Shown here: piece after piece, positions 61,704 through 64,000 of the stretch
How positions within the stretch are numbered: position 1 is the first letter of the stretch
How the letters are laid out: every line of letters begins with the position of its first letter
Assembly (NCBI RefSeq): GCF_032191835.1
Contig: NC_083233.1
Coordinates: 60,760,001 to 60,824,000, forward strand
Length of the DNA: 64,000 nt
Reading direction: 5' to 3'
Source of the DNA: Heteronotia binoei
Taxonomy: Eukaryota
Position numbers and translations under genes: made by a program
Notes under the pieces: generated by a model
The model's input: the letters and a program-made list of their open reading frames with translations, nothing else
Database searches by the model: none
Told to the model about the DNA's origin: nothing

Positions 61704-62205
61704 TTCCCATTTGCCTGCCCTCAGCAGACAACCCCACCCTTGAGAAACTGAGGGAGGAAAATGGCCACAAATGGCTGCCAGTGTGGTTATTTAGGAATTC
61801 ACCCATGTCTCTAAGGACCTTTACTGTAAAATAACAGAAAATTCTTAGACCATCCGGAAGTGGCATCACATCGTCTCCAAATTCCACTATCCCCAGGTCC
61901 TGCCCTCAAAATCTCCCTGTATTTGCTGAGGTAGTTCTGGCAACCCTATTTCTCTTCCCATTTGCCTGCCCTCAGCAGACAACCCCACCCTTGAGAAACT
62001 GAGGGAGGAAAATGGCCACAAATGGCTGCCAGTGTGGTTATCTAGGAATTCACCCATGTCTCTAAGGACCTTTACTGTAAAATAACAGAAAATTCCTAGA
62101 CCATCTGGAAGTGGCATCACATCGTCTCCAAATTCCACTATCCCCAGGTCCTGCCCTCAAAATCTCCCTGTATTTGCTGAGGTAGTTCTGGCAACCCTAT
62201 TTCTC
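61704..62205. repeat. 251-bp near-identical tandem duplication in an FSIP2-like intron
   Basis: TTCCCATTTGCCTGCCCTC at 61704 and 61955; about three substitutions between copies. Confidence 0.92.
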
Positions 62206-64000
62206 TTCTACAAGGATTACAATCAGAACCTATTCATAGCATACAAGAGGTAGGAAGATGACTTGAGTGGAGAGTTGCCAACTGGCCTAGGTTACACCTT
62301 AATATTTCACAGCAGCTCAATATTTAGGCATCTGTGTGTGAAATTGCCACCAGTAGCCATTGAGTTTGATAGCTAAATGGAAGCTTTGGCTTCTGAGCCT
62401 GAGGTGGGGCCTTCTGGGAATATCTGGTTGGTCACTGCAGGAATAAAGATGCTTTGACTAGATATATCTTTAGTCTTATTCAGCAGGGTTCTATTGGTCT
62501 TCTTTTTGGAACAGGAAGGTGAAACTTTTAACTGAGCAGAGAGGAGCATGGTCATTTGCTAATGCCAGCCAATTAGGTTGCTTGTTAAATTTCAGAAGGC
62601 AGAAGACAGTTAAAAAAACTGTCAGCCTGTAGAACATTCAGGATCATCATCATTGTCATCACCATGACATTTGCATAGGATTTTAAGTTTCTGAGGCATT
62701 TCACATCTATTATTGCAGTAATTCTTAGAATAGCCCTGTAAGGTGGGCCAGTATTATTAACTCCCTGCTGCAGATGAGAAAGAGTGAGTAAGGCCACCTA
62801 ATGAGATTCTGACTGAAGGAAAATTAGAACTGAAGACCTTCTTCATCACAGCTCGGTCATTCTGTTACTCAGGGCTTTTTTTCTGGAAGAAAAGGTGCTG
62901 ATACTCTCAAGAGGAAAATGAAGGAGAAACACATGGGTGCCCCTCATGAACTTTTAGACTTTTTTTAGAGTTTTATTTCCTCAAAAAGGCTCTGGAACTC
63001 TGTTCTGCTGTGTTCCCCCAGAAAAAAAGCCATGCTGCTACCTCATCTTTTGCTCTGGGGAACCTACCTCAGATTTTGTACTGACAGTCAGTGCATTTTA
63101 TACTAATCTAAGCAGCTTCATTTAGCTGACTTGTACACAAAGGTCAGACCTTGGTTTTAGGGCTTTTTTTTTGGGGGGGGGGGAGACTAGTTCACTAGTG
63201 CTTCACTCTGTATGAGCCCTACAATGGACTGAGGCTAGGGATCTACAAAAAGTTTTTAAAATATATACTTTTGCTTCAAAAAACCCTTTTTGTCATGTTC
63301 ATCACTGTTCTCATTCACTTGTGTTAATATATTTGCTTTCAGTTTGGTGTAGTGGTTAAGTGCATGGACTCTCATCTGGGAAAATCGGGTTTGATTCCCC
63401 ACTCCTTCACTTGCACCTACTGGAATGGCCTTGGGTCAGCCATAGCTCTTGCAGTGTTGTCCTTGAAAGGGCAGCTGCTGTGAAAGCCCTCTCAGCCCCA
63501 CCCACCTCACAGGGTGTCTGTTGTGGGGGGAGAAGATATAGGAGATTGTAAGCCGCTCTGAGTCTCTGATTCAGAGAGAAGGGAAGGGTATAAATCTGCA
63601 ATTCTTCTTCTTCATTTCCATTGCTTCCATGGGAAATACAACTATTTCATCTCTTCTGATTCTCTCCCTCTTTCTATGACCCCCTCTCTTGAACTATTTC
63701 TGTTGCAAGATCTGGTTGACTTTCTTGACTGCTTGTAAAAGCTTGGGTCTTAGATCTTCATATCTCCAGCTCTAGGATGATCCCCTCAACTTTCTTGAAC
63801 TCATGAAAGACTATCAGGGGCCAGAAACAATCAGGAGTGAAGAGGAGGGAGCTGGTTGTATTCAAGGTAGCTTAGCTTGTAGTCTTTCCAGGGCATCTGG
63901 TTTGCTGCTGGCCTCCCAGCATTCATCCATTTTTATTCTTCTTAAATGAAATTAATGAGGGAGCCTGCACTGCTTTACTTTCATCTTTCATTTAGAAATG

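Overview
Vertebrate genomic DNA from a squamate reptile (Sauria SINEs, CR1 and L2 LINEs; probably a gecko, which is inference). The window lies in the immunoglobulin lambda light-chain V locus. It holds ten IGLV segments, all on the + strand, each with a leader exon, short intron, V exon and 3' RSS: nine are open and one is a clear pseudogene. No J or C segment is seen. Two non-Ig genes are present: a complete 4-exon, 182-aa VPS29-family gene between the first two V segments (probably a paralog), and the first five coding exons of an FSIP2-like gene about 3 kb after the last V. The most unusual signal is a tandem family of four V segments (45-54 kb) in which the normally invariant first cysteine (IMGT Cys23) is Ala. 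Two members also carry a YYCxC motif, and one has lost Cys104 as well, leaving a cysteine-free V domain. The three open members keep their ORF, octamer promoter, splice sites and 23-spacer RSS. One other V (28.8 kb) has VpreB-like traits. The rest is a decayed Gypsy element with its 3' LTR, LINE fragments, SINEs, hAT-type MITEs and short tandem duplications. All coordinates were read by hand, and comparisons with human or chicken sequences are from memory and need alignment.
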